From positions 1 through 62,953 of the forward strand of contig CAZBAF010000007.1 in the NCBI GenBank assembly GCA_964490245.1: a stretch of DNA of 62,953 nucleotides. Reading direction: 5' to 3'. This document shows positions 26,815 to 35,294 of this stretch, piece by piece (within the stretch, counting starts at the first letter, position 1; every line of letters begins with the position of its first letter). The translations under genes and the position numbers were made by a program. This DNA is from an uncultured Candidatus Saccharibacteria bacterium. GTDB taxonomy: Bacteria > Patescibacteriota > Saccharimonadia > Saccharimonadales > JACDBH01. The notes under the pieces were generated by a model, which was not told the DNA's origin, did no database searches, and saw only the letters and a program-made list of their open reading frames with translations.

Positions 26815-27618
26815 CTATCCTGAAGAGGCCTTTGACTTTTTCCTGGTCTGCATAGCCTCAAGCGTCAGCTTGGTGCGGGCTTTGGCGTATTCGCAGAATT
26901 CACAGGGGCCGCCCATAGCGCTCTTACCCACTGCCGGCATATCGCCGTCCATGCATTTTTTCATTTTTTCAAGTGCTGGCTCGACCCAGTCAGTGCTGCC
27001 GGAATACGGAATCAGCTTGGTGCGGAACTCAACCCGGTCATTAAAGCCGTCCAGATCCATACGGCCATTGGTATACACAAAATAGCCAGTGTCGCTGACC
27101 GCAAAACCGTTTTGCCGCAGCAGCCACTGGTACACCTCCAGCTGGCGCTTGTAGGCAATCTGCCAATCAGAATCAATTGAAACCTCGCGGTCTTTAGCCG
27201 TTGCCTTGTAATCTACTACGATCAGCTCGCCGGCCTCGTTTGACCAGACATCATCAATGCCCCCGAACACATGCAGATTGGTCGGCTCGTGCACCGTCGT
27301 TACCCCTACAAAGGTATCGCGCCACTGATCCAGCTGCTCGTGGTCAAACGGCGTGGCCGCCACATTAAACTCGAGCATCAGCGGATGGGGTTTTTTCTCA
27401 AGCCGGTATTTGTCGAACTCTTTTTTAAACAGCTCATCAATAGCTTTGTTTATATTGAACGGCGGGCTGTTGGGGCGTGTGATCTTAAGCCGCACATCCA
27501 GCCAGAAACAGCGCGGGCACTGCATAAACAGCTCAATTTTGCTGCGCGACACCTTAAACGGCGCCGACTGCCCCGGTTTGTATGGTTGTGACCGCTCCCG
27601 CCAGTAATTATTTGCCAT
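26815..27618 (-). CDS. PD-(D/E)XK nuclease, RecB/Cas4-like with Cys cluster
   Basis: GGIDDVW ... LIVVDYKAT ... RQLEVYQWLL (D, DxK, QxxxY motifs). Cys residues CPRC at the N-terminus and C...CEFC at the C-terminus. Confidence 0.7.
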   Translation of the reverse strand: MANNYWRERSQPYKPGQSAPFKVSRSKIELFMQCPRCFWLDVRLKITRPNSPPFNINKAIDELFKKEFDKYRLEKKPHPLMLEFNVAATPFDHEQLDQWRDTFVGVTTVHEPTNLHVFGGIDDVWSNEAGELIVVDYKATAKDREVSIDSDWQIAYKRQLEVYQWLLRQNGFAVSDTGYFVYTNGRMDLDGFNDRVEFRTKLIPYSGSTDWVEPALEKMKKCMDGDMPAVGKSAMGGPCEFCEYAKARTKLTLEAMQTRKKSKASSG

Positions 27619-27626
27619 AAGCTACT

Positions 27627-27632
27627 AGTATA
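27627..27632 (-). promoter_or_regulatory. -10 box TATACT 8 nt before the ATG
   Basis: Minus strand reads ctcTTATACTagtagcttATG. Confidence 0.4.
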
Positions 27633-27791
27633 AGAGATTTTTTGCCCCAATGCGAGCAAAGGAATATGTCAATTATACCCTAAAGTGCTTATGTTTGTCA
27701 ATATTTCTTTATGCCTCACCGAACTATGAGCTGGCAGGGCACTGCATAAAAGACCCTCGACCCGCCAATAAGCACGTACCACACCAACTAT

Positions 27792-28145
27792 TTAGACCGA
27801 AGCCAGGCGGCCAGGCTCGGCTGACGGCTGTACGTATACCGTATGGCCCTTTTTGAACAGCACACCTGCGAGCCGGCCTGCAAGCACGGCAATATCCTCA
27901 TCAGCCGCCCGCTCGGTGTAATAACCGCTTTCTTTGATAATAATCCTGGTGTGCGGCGCGGCGCCGTCAGGATGTAGTGTCTGCATGCCGGCAAAGAGCG
28001 CTTCAGAATCTTTGCCGTAATACTGATGAATCACCTCAGTCACACAAGCCGCCGCCTGACCCTCAAGCGGTGGCTCAACTGCAATATGCCTATGCCCCGC
28101 CGCGGGTTCTTCTGACGCACCAATACCAATAAAAAACTCTGCCAT
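27792..28145 (-). CDS. hypothetical protein
   Basis: 117-aa ORF that fills the gap between rsmE and the nuclease gene on the same strand. No motif recognised. Confidence 0.4.
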   Translation of the reverse strand: MAEFFIGIGASEEPAAGHRHIAVEPPLEGQAAACVTEVIHQYYGKDSEALFAGMQTLHPDGAAPHTRIIIKESGYYTERAADEDIAVLAGRLAGVLFKKGHTVYVQPSAEPGRLASV

Positions 28146-28212
28146 AACTGCTCCTTTTTCTTGCTGCTATTATAACATCTCTTTAGGAGTGCACGCCTTA
28201 ACCCTCTGCACC

Positions 28213-28923
28213 CTAAAATGCCAGGCGAGCACAGGCGGCGATGGCGGCGGTTTCGGCGCGCAGCGTCAGATTGCCTAAGCTCAAATGGTTTACCCCAGCT
28301 TGCGTAAACAGCTCGAGTTCTTCGCTTGTCCAGCCGCCTTCGGGGCCTATAAAAACACCGACAGCGCCTTCTGCAGCTGATAGTTGATCCTTGTTCTTTG
28401 ACAGTGTTTCGTCTGCCACCGCCAATGCAGCTTTGTCTTTGTAATCGGTCAGAGCGGTCTCTAAGCTGAGCGGGTCGCGAATATGCGGGATATCCGAACG
28501 GCCGCACTGTTCGGCCGCCTCGGTTACGATTTTTTCCCACCGCTCGGCGTTGTTTTGCGAGAGGACTGTCCGCTCACATCTTTCGGCCAGAATAGGGACA
28601 AAGGTGCGCACACCCAGCTCGGTGCATTTTTGCAGCAGCCATTCGTTTTTATCCTTTTTGAGCAGGCTGAAAAACAGATATATCTGGCGCGCCGGCAGCT
28701 TGCGCTCGAACTCGGTCACCAGCTCCAGCTTAATAGCATCAGGCTTGATGCGCACAAGTCTGTACAGGCGTTCGTGCTGTACGCCGTCAAACAGCACCAC
28801 CTGATCGCCCTGGCGCAGCCGCAACACCTTTTGCCACTGATGACGCAGGTGCTCGTCCTTAAACCAAAAGGCGTGCTCGAGCTCGGTCTGTTCGGGGTTG
28901 ATGTAAAAACGGTGTAGTCTCAT
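28213..28923 (-). CDS. rsmE: 16S rRNA (uracil1498-N3)-methyltransferase
   Basis: MRLHRFYI N-terminus, PUA-like domain, C-terminal FIGPEGGWTSEEL SPOUT knot motif. Confidence 0.85.
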   Translation of the reverse strand: MRLHRFYINPEQTELEHAFWFKDEHLRHQWQKVLRLRQGDQVVLFDGVQHERLYRLVRIKPDAIKLELVTEFERKLPARQIYLFFSLLKKDKNEWLLQKCTELGVRTFVPILAERCERTVLSQNNAERWEKIVTEAAEQCGRSDIPHIRDPLSLETALTDYKDKAALAVADETLSKNKDQLSAAEGAVGVFIGPEGGWTSEELELFTQAGVNHLSLGNLTLRAETAAIAACARLAF

Positions 28924-28965
28924 GCTGTTTTTAGGAAAACCTGTCCGGACTTTAAGTGTGCCCGA

Positions 28966-29556
28966 TTACAGGTTGCTTTGCAAGGACTGACAATATGCCT
29001 CGTAGCCTTCGGGGATGGTAGGCGTGCAGTACTGGTTGTAGCTCTCCTGGTACAGGTCGCTGAAGTCGGTTTCGAAATCATTGCTGAAGTTGAATGAGTT
29101 TGAGGACCGGAGATACGGCTTAACGGTCTGGCAGTTTTCGCCTTTGCGGTAGTAATAGCTCAAATAGAGACTGCTTGGCTCGTACGACGACTCGCCGTAG
29201 GAGTCGTAATCGAATTGTCCGCCGTACAGTGTACCGAACAGCGTATCAGTCACAACCGAGCCCGCGCCTGTACTGTAGCCCCTGTCTGTCTTGAACGTAG
29301 CGCAAAATTTGTACCGCGTACTGGAAAGCTTTTCGTACTTTATGGTGCCGGGTACATCAGTAATGCCGGCTTTGGCCAGACTGTCAGGGATTTGCTGTTT
29401 ATCATTTATATAGCTGTTGAGTTTGTCGGCTGCTTTGGATGCGGCCTCGTATGTCTTTTTATCATCTCTGCCCTGCACGCCCAGACCAACGATATAAATC
29501 AGCAGCCCGCCCGCCAGCAGTGCAAGCACGATAAGTCCGATGTAGTATTTTTTCAT
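28966..29556 (-). CDS. membrane-anchored hypothetical protein
   Basis: 196 aa. N-terminal TM, Tyr/Ser-rich ectodomain with 4 Cys. Confidence 0.55.
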   Translation of the reverse strand: MKKYYIGLIVLALLAGGLLIYIVGLGVQGRDDKKTYEAASKAADKLNSYINDKQQIPDSLAKAGITDVPGTIKYEKLSSTRYKFCATFKTDRGYSTGAGSVVTDTLFGTLYGGQFDYDSYGESSYEPSSLYLSYYYRKGENCQTVKPYLRSSNSFNFSNDFETDFSDLYQESYNQYCTPTIPEGYEAYCQSLQSNL

Positions 29557-29561
29557 GATCT

Positions 29562-30380
29562 TTACCGCACCAGTTTATGCTCGTCCTGCCAGTAGTAAAA
29601 CAGGATGCCGCCGGCAATAAGCAGGATGACCACTGCCGAACCAAGAATCTTACCGACGCTGTCTCCGTCCTCACCGCCGACCAGCGCCAGCAAAGAGAAA
29701 ACAACGGTCACAATATTAAAGAAGCAGGTCAAAAAGGCCAGGATTTGCGTAATTTGCGAGTAGCGGCGCTTTGACGGCTCAAGCCGCAGGCTGGGGTTGT
29801 CCAGCTCGGCCTTGCGCAGCCGCAAAAAGAAGAAGGCAAAACCCGGCAGACAGACAATCAGCAGAGACAGCGGGAACGCCAGCCCATCAAACGAGCTGTT
29901 GCCGTTAATGAGCGAAACCAGCAGGTATATTAACGAACCGGCGCCAAACCACAGCAAAATTGACATCATGGCGTACTCGACGCCGCGCACGCTCAGTACC
30001 TTGACCACAGGCACCGGCCGGTCATCTGCCGGAGCTGTCAAGGATGTCGGCGAAGGCGTCGGTGCCGGCGGCTCGGGGTGATGCATGACGGCAGCGGCCG
30101 GGGTACCCCAGGACGGAGCCGGTCCGGCCGGTGGCTCGTCAAAAGACGGATATGCCGCACTGACGAGATTGGCGCGCTCACTAACCGGTTCGGCGTCGGA
30201 CGGCGCGTTGTCGGCTGGTGCACTATTGGCTGGTGCGCTGTCGTCTGCCGACATAGAAAAACCAGACGAACGCTGGTGAAAATCGCCGGCAGATGGCGGT
30301 GCTGCCTCTTGTGCCTGATCAGGTGACGGGCCCGCGGATCCGCCGTTTTGGTCTGAATCGTTATGTCTATAATCTTCCAT
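29562..30380 (-). CDS. integral membrane protein with Pro/Ala-rich N-terminal region
   Basis: Start set at MEDYRHN, which has GGGAGGG 4 nt upstream; the ORF-track extension overlaps the HAD gene. 4 TM in the C-terminal half. Confidence 0.55.
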   Translation of the reverse strand: MEDYRHNDSDQNGGSAGPSPDQAQEAAPPSAGDFHQRSSGFSMSADDSAPANSAPADNAPSDAEPVSERANLVSAAYPSFDEPPAGPAPSWGTPAAAVMHHPEPPAPTPSPTSLTAPADDRPVPVVKVLSVRGVEYAMMSILLWFGAGSLIYLLVSLINGNSSFDGLAFPLSLLIVCLPGFAFFFLRLRKAELDNPSLRLEPSKRRYSQITQILAFLTCFFNIVTVVFSLLALVGGEDGDSVGKILGSAVVILLIAGGILFYYWQDEHKLVR

Positions 30381-30429
30381 ACGCCCTCCCTGATGCGCGC
30401 TTTGTTCGCTTTTATCTGCAGTATAGCGC

Positions 30430-31065
30430 TTATGGTTTGATTTTGCTATTTTTTTGCAGGTCAAGCAGCTCCTTAGGCTGGCGTATTAAATAAGTGGGGC
30501 GCTGGCGGCGAAGGATTTTTTCGGTATTAAACCCCCATGTGACCGAAGCGATACGTATCAAAGCCAGACGCGCCGCCTGCACGTCACGCGTTTCGTCGCC
30601 TATATAGATGGTTTCTTTGCGCTTTAACCCGTGTTGCTTCATAAGGTAGCGGATATGCCGCGCCTTGTTAAACAGACTGGCGCCGGTGGAAATATCTTCA
30701 AAGTAACCCTCTAGGTTATGTCTGGTAAGAAACACTTCAACGCTCTCGCGCGTGTTGCTGGTAACGATGAAGAGCCTGTGGCCACGAGCGTGCAGCGTCT
30801 GCACAACCTCCGGGATATCTTTAAATGGTTCGACGGTGGGAATAAGGGCATGGAAATCAGGAATCCCCTGCACCAGCAGCTTGGGGATCTGCCACCAGCG
30901 TACACCGGCTCTGGCCAGGGCTTTGCGGGTCGGCAGGCCGCGGAGCGTCTGGATCTCTGCCGGACTCATGGGGTCCTCATTGTTGCGTACTGTCTTGTTA
31001 AAAACGGCGATAAATGCCGGCATAGTATCGGCGAGCGTTCCGTCGAAGTCAAAGATGAAGTTCAT
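30430..31065 (-). CDS. HAD-superfamily phosphatase (phosphoglycolate-phosphatase-like)
   Basis: Motif I FDFDGTLADT, motif II IVTSN, motif IV YIGDETRD. Confidence 0.8.
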   Translation of the reverse strand: MNFIFDFDGTLADTMPAFIAVFNKTVRNNEDPMSPAEIQTLRGLPTRKALARAGVRWWQIPKLLVQGIPDFHALIPTVEPFKDIPEVVQTLHARGHRLFIVTSNTRESVEVFLTRHNLEGYFEDISTGASLFNKARHIRYLMKQHGLKRKETIYIGDETRDVQAARLALIRIASVTWGFNTEKILRRQRPTYLIRQPKELLDLQKNSKIKP

Positions 31066-31072
31066 TCCAATC

Positions 31073-31078
31073 AGTATA
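31073..31078 (-). promoter_or_regulatory. -10 box TATACT 7 nt before the ATG
   Basis: Minus strand reads tcaagTATACTgattggaATG. Confidence 0.4.
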
Positions 31079-31161
31079 CTTGAGACTGTTTAGACTTGCG
31101 ACCTTAGACTGGCTGGTTGGTTTTTTATGAGACACCCCTTCGGGGTTTCTATAGCTTCACG

Positions 31162-31202
31162 CAGAGAAGTCCTCTTGCTCTCAAGAGGAACTGACTTCTC
31201 TG
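31162..31202. other. very stable 16-bp nested hairpin in a long intergenic region
   Basis: cagagaagt/acttctctg (9 bp) enclosing cctcttg/caagagg (7 bp) with loop ctct. Confidence 0.7.
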
Positions 31203-31294
31203 GTTCGGCATATAATCTCGCTTATCGCTTGATTATCATCGCGCCATGCGCCGGCAAAATGAAGTACATTTTGTCGGGCTGCTCTTCCCGATGA

Positions 31295-31353
31295 CTAGAC
31301 TGGTTGGTAGGCGACGTGGCACATTCCCTGGCCGGTGCGTTCGGTGAACTTTT
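31295..31353 (-). pseudogene. remnant duplicate of the msrA 3' end (last 18 codons plus stop)
   Basis: 31316-31353 matches 31450-31487 at 36/38 nt. The remnant reads KFTERTGQGMCHVAYQPV* against the functional KFTERTGQGMCHVKYAPVK*. An in-frame TAA lies immediately upstream. Confidence 0.7.
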
Positions 31354-31425
31354 ATCTATGAGAGGGGAATATCCCCTCTCATCGCGCGGTGCGCGGGCAT
31401 AGCCCGTCGCTCCGGCTGCTCTCCC

Positions 31426-31920
31426 CTACTTCACCGGTGCGTACTTGACATGGCACATACCCTGGCCGGTGCGTTCGGTGAACTTTTGGTGGTAGGTTTC
31501 GGCGGGCCAGAATCTGGTAGCTTTTTCGAGCTTGGTTTTGATCTGGCCGCGATTGTTTAGTCTGTCGATAGTTTCTTGCGCCAGCTGTTTTTGCTTTTCA
31601 CTGGTATAAAAGATTGCCGACCGGTACTGCGTACCAATATCCGGCCCCTGGCGGTTCAGTTGAGTCGGGTCGTGCATACGAAAGAAGTGCTTAAGCAGCT
31701 TTTCGTAGCTGACTTTTTGTGGATTATAAACAATTTTCACTGCCTCGGCGTGCCCCGTCTCTTTATAGCAGACGTCCTCGTATGTGGGGTTATCGAGCCT
31801 GCCGCCAATATAGCCCACCTCGCTTGCAAGCACGCCCGGCACCTGATCAAAATAATACTGCACTCCCCAAAAGCAACCGGCGGCAAAGATGGCAGTTTGG
31901 GGCTTATAGACTTCGTTCAT
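31426..31920 (-). CDS. msrA: peptide methionine (S)-sulfoxide reductase
   Basis: 164 aa. Active-site GCFWGVQYYF; GYIGG; HDPT. Confidence 0.92.
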   Translation of the reverse strand: MNEVYKPQTAIFAAGCFWGVQYYFDQVPGVLASEVGYIGGRLDNPTYEDVCYKETGHAEAVKIVYNPQKVSYEKLLKHFFRMHDPTQLNRQGPDIGTQYRSAIFYTSEKQKQLAQETIDRLNNRGQIKTKLEKATRFWPAETYHQKFTERTGQGMCHVKYAPVK

Positions 31921-31943
31921 AGTACCCTTATTGTACGCCAGAA

Positions 31944-32714
31944 TCAGGTTGCAAGGGCAATCGCGCGGTCCAATGCAGTCTGCATCTGCGGATGCAGCCA
32001 GTCCGAGACCTCTCTTGGCTTGGTAAAACGTTCATCACTTGGCTGTTCAATCCATACGATAGGCTTTTGCATTCCTTCTTCTGTGTACCAGATTGCCCAC
32101 GGCAATACCGCAGGCTGCTCGACTTTACTTACCCGGCACACCATTGAACCAATGCCGGAAAATAAGGGTTGGACTTTTTCAGGATCGGCCTCGTTGCGCT
32201 CGCCCTCAGGAAAAATCGCCATATTCATGCCTTGATTAAGACGGCCTACCGACACATCCATAAATGGCCTGAGCGTTTTGCGCACCATCTTTAGCGCAGC
32301 CTCATCGTTCATAAAATCTTTCTCCCGATACACCGGGATCGCACCCAACCCGTCAACGGCATATTTCTCGAAACGTTGTTTTACGCTTGGATCAGGAGAA
32401 TAAAAAATGGGTGACTTGGAGGGTATGAACGTATTCCCAACCAGACGGCGCAGCACAGACTCGCGCGCAGCCGCTGCTGCAATAATACGGGGGTCAGTAT
32501 CAAGCAGATGATTAGAGGCAATAACCAAAGGCCTGCCGCTTTTAATAATTTCGTCCACCCGCTCTTCCGCACCGGGCGCAAAATGTACGCTTGGTCTGAA
32601 CTTGAGACCCAGTCCCCCGCTTAATATCCAGGCCGTCAGTTTTGTGGGCCGGTAGTCTTTATAAAACCTATAGACTTCTTCGTAATTTTCGAGCGTTACC
32701 TGGGGTCGGCCCAT
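31944..32714 (-). CDS. lysophospholipid (1-acyl-glycerol-3-phosphate-type) acyltransferase
   Basis: HX4D motif NHLLDTD and FPEGERN motif. Confidence 0.75.
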   Translation of the reverse strand: MGRPQVTLENYEEVYRFYKDYRPTKLTAWILSGGLGLKFRPSVHFAPGAEERVDEIIKSGRPLVIASNHLLDTDPRIIAAAAARESVLRRLVGNTFIPSKSPIFYSPDPSVKQRFEKYAVDGLGAIPVYREKDFMNDEAALKMVRKTLRPFMDVSVGRLNQGMNMAIFPEGERNEADPEKVQPLFSGIGSMVCRVSKVEQPAVLPWAIWYTEEGMQKPIVWIEQPSDERFTKPREVSDWLHPQMQTALDRAIALAT

Positions 32715-32716
32715 GC

Positions 32717-33019
32717 TTACTCCGTAACGGTTACGTCGCGCCAGAAGGCAACGTAATTGGAAAAATCTTTTTTAACAATGTCGATTGCGCTCGGTATCGG
32801 ATCGGGATATGACCAGGCGCTATCCTGGCTCCAGCTGTCGCCCTGCCCTACATGATAATACCGGCACTCGCCCTTCCAGGGACATGTGTAAGGCGTCGGA
32901 CTCTCGAGCAGATATTGTTTTTTAACAGATTCAACAGGAAAGTACCAATTGCCTTCAATGTAGACCAGATCCTCTTTGGGCGCTTCTGCAATCACCTGAT
33001 CTCTCCAAACTGCTTTCAT
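32717..33019 (-). CDS. DUF427-family protein
   Basis: 100 aa. NWYFPVESV ... CPWKGECRYYHV pattern. Overlaps the lysS stop by 4 nt. Confidence 0.7.
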   Translation of the reverse strand: MKAVWRDQVIAEAPKEDLVYIEGNWYFPVESVKKQYLLESPTPYTCPWKGECRYYHVGQGDSWSQDSAWSYPDPIPSAIDIVKKDFSNYVAFWRDVTVTE

Positions 33020-34545
33020 AACTTCACTTCCGGATATATGGACTTGGTCACTTCGTCTATTTCGTGGCGCAACTGCGGGAAAGGCACGCCTTCGCGGGCG
33101 GTGACACCCTCAAGCATCCAGAAAAGCCGTTCGCTATTTCCGTAACCGCAAGCCGGCGGCATGCCGTACTCAAGCGCCTCAACATAATCGATGTCCATCA
33201 TCATAGCCTCGTCATCGCCTTCGTCGCGCAGTGCCTGCTGCTGCTTGAAATTTTCGAGCTGCTGCAACGGATCATTTAGTTCAGAGTACGCCTTACTGGC
33301 CTCGGTACCGCCCAGCAGCAGGTTGAACTGCTCACTCAAGCGGCCGTCGTCTTTATTGACTTTTGCCAGCGGCTGCAAAAAGTCAGGGATATCCACCAGG
33401 AACGCAGGGCCGGTGATTTCTGCGCGGATTTTCTTCCATAGCTTATCTATGCCGCGCGAGCGGTTTTCTGTCTTCTCTACCTCAAGGTTGTGCTGTTTGA
33501 GCTGTTCTTTTACCTCATCAAGCGTACAAGTAAAAACATCCAGGCCGTATTTTTCCTTGATAACACCAGTAAAACTGACGCGCGGCCAATCCTGCCCGTC
33601 CGGCCCCAAATCAACCTGCATGCCGTTTGCCAGCGTAAATTGGCGCGTACCCCAGGTACGGTCAGCGATATGGCGCACCATCTCCTGGGTGAACTTCATG
33701 CCCATTTCCCAATCGGCGTACGCCCAGTACCACTCCATAGCGACGTGTTCCGGCAGGTGCTCGTCGCTGTAATTCTCGTTACGGAAGCGCGGGCCGATAT
33801 CATATACCCTTTCAAAACCAGCAACAAGCAGTCGCTTCAGCGGCAGCTCGTGGCTTATGCGCAGGTAAAAATCCTGGTCAAGCGCATCCATGTGGGTGAC
33901 AAATGGATTTGCATCAGCGCCACCCGTTGTATGCTCAAGTACAGGAATATTGATCTCTACGAAACCGTGTTCGTTCAGAAAATCACGCGTCGCCTGCCAG
34001 AACCGGCTGCGGCGGACAAAACGCTGGCGCACCTCTGGGTTTACATTCATATCAACATAGCGGCGGCGCATGCGCTCTTCTTTATTAGTAAAGCCCTCCT
34101 GCCTGCTTGGCATGGGCCGGAGCGCTTTAGTGAGGATTCGCAGACTCTTTACGTCAACCGAGATTTCGCCGGTCTGTGTCTTAATAACCGGGCCGGTCGC
34201 TTCGACAAAGTCACCGGTGTCCAGAAGCGGCAGCTCGGCCGGCACCCGTAGCTCGCTCTTGCTGCGGTCCGGCTCGCCACTGTTGTCATCATGACGGATA
34301 AACAGCTGCAAAACAGCTTCGCCCTCGCCCTGGATGACCACAAAAGCAATTTTGCCGAACTTGCGAATGGATACGATGCGACCGGCCACCGTAACGGAGG
34401 TGTTTTCAAGTTCGTCAAACCGACCATGGATGACCTCTATGTCATGGGTACGGTTAGCCTTGGCAGGATATGGATTAATACCGAGCTCTTTGAGCTCGGC
34501 TAATTTTCGCAGCCGCTCATCGCGGAAATCTTTGAGTGTTGCCAT
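33016..34545 (-). CDS. lysS: lysyl-tRNA synthetase, class II
   Basis: 509 aa. OB anticodon-binding domain (VTVAGRIVSIRKFGKIAFVVIQ), class II motifs (YDIGPRFRNE, GYGNSERL). Confidence 0.95.
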   Translation of the reverse strand: MATLKDFRDERLRKLAELKELGINPYPAKANRTHDIEVIHGRFDELENTSVTVAGRIVSIRKFGKIAFVVIQGEGEAVLQLFIRHDDNSGEPDRSKSELRVPAELPLLDTGDFVEATGPVIKTQTGEISVDVKSLRILTKALRPMPSRQEGFTNKEERMRRRYVDMNVNPEVRQRFVRRSRFWQATRDFLNEHGFVEINIPVLEHTTGGADANPFVTHMDALDQDFYLRISHELPLKRLLVAGFERVYDIGPRFRNENYSDEHLPEHVAMEWYWAYADWEMGMKFTQEMVRHIADRTWGTRQFTLANGMQVDLGPDGQDWPRVSFTGVIKEKYGLDVFTCTLDEVKEQLKQHNLEVEKTENRSRGIDKLWKKIRAEITGPAFLVDIPDFLQPLAKVNKDDGRLSEQFNLLLGGTEASKAYSELNDPLQQLENFKQQQALRDEGDDEAMMMDIDYVEALEYGMPPACGYGNSERLFWMLEGVTAREGVPFPQLRHEIDEVTKSIYPEVKL

Positions 34546-34644
34546 ATTTTAGGAGTTAGGAGTTAGAAATTTGAAACTAGTAGTAGTATAGCTTAAAACC
34601 GGGCGCCTCCCTAGCTCCTATCTGCTAGTTTCTAAATTCTGTTT

Positions 34645-35103
34645 TTAGGAGATGTCGGCGATAGTGTAAGTTGCGGTTTCGGCGGGAGTAACGATCTCTA
34701 CCTCTTCGCCTTCTTTTTTGCCCATTAAGGCTTTGCCGATTGGCGATTCGTCGCTGATTTTGCCGTTGAGCGGGTCGGCCTCTACGGTGCCAACTACCTG
34801 AAACTCTTTAGTCTTTCCGTTGCTGGCAAGCTTGACCATCGAGCCCAGCCGGACTTTTTTGTCGTCTTTGGGTGCAGTGATGATCTCGACGTTGCTTAAG
34901 ATATGCTCGATCTCTTCGATGCGGGTTTCGTTACGGCCCTGCTCTTCCTTAGCGGCGTGATATTCGGCGTTTTCGGCCAGATCGCCCTGTGACCGGGCGG
35001 CAGCGATTGCCTCAGCAATTTCGGTACGCTTGGCGACCAGCTGCTCGAGCTCTGCTTGTAGTTCTGCCTGCCCTTCGCGCGTAAGGTGGTATTGCTTCTT
35101 CAT
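34645..35103 (-). CDS. greA: transcription elongation factor GreA
   Basis: Start at MKKQYHLTREG (AAGGAAAC SD). Coiled-coil plus C-terminal domain VVGTVEADPLNGKISDESPIGKAL. Confidence 0.9.
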   Translation of the reverse strand: MKKQYHLTREGQAELQAELEQLVAKRTEIAEAIAAARSQGDLAENAEYHAAKEEQGRNETRIEEIEHILSNVEIITAPKDDKKVRLGSMVKLASNGKTKEFQVVGTVEADPLNGKISDESPIGKALMGKKEGEEVEIVTPAETATYTIADIS

Positions 35104-35294
35104 TATGTTTCCTTTCTTATCGTCAAATAAACTGTTTCGAAATTCCGTGCTATGGGGTAAAAAAACTGGCGCTCTCATGATGGCCAGCTTTACCCTAAGT
35201 ATAGCCTTTACGATTATGAAATCAACCCTTTAAAAAACTTTCACTCCATGGCAGGCACGGCTAAGCTGCGCCTGGGGGGTGGTCAAACCTGCTC

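Noticed and set aside
6219-27618. Possible CRISPR-Cas remnant: a Cas2-fold protein (6219-6809) and a Cas4/RecB-like nuclease (26815-27618).
   Set aside because: The genes are 20 kb apart. No repeat-spacer array, cas1 or effector genes are seen anywhere in the window. Both folds also occur in non-CRISPR contexts (PaaX family, stand-alone PD-(D/E)XK nucleases).
31354-31430. tmRNA-like 5' end on the minus strand (GGGGAGAGCAGCCGGAGCGACGGGC resembles GGGG...GGAUUCGACGGG).
   Set aside because: No matching 3' acceptor strand with a CCA-adjacent complement, no T-arm (GGTTCGA-type) and no tag reading frame in the following 350 nt. The segment is better explained as part of the msrA downstream duplication.
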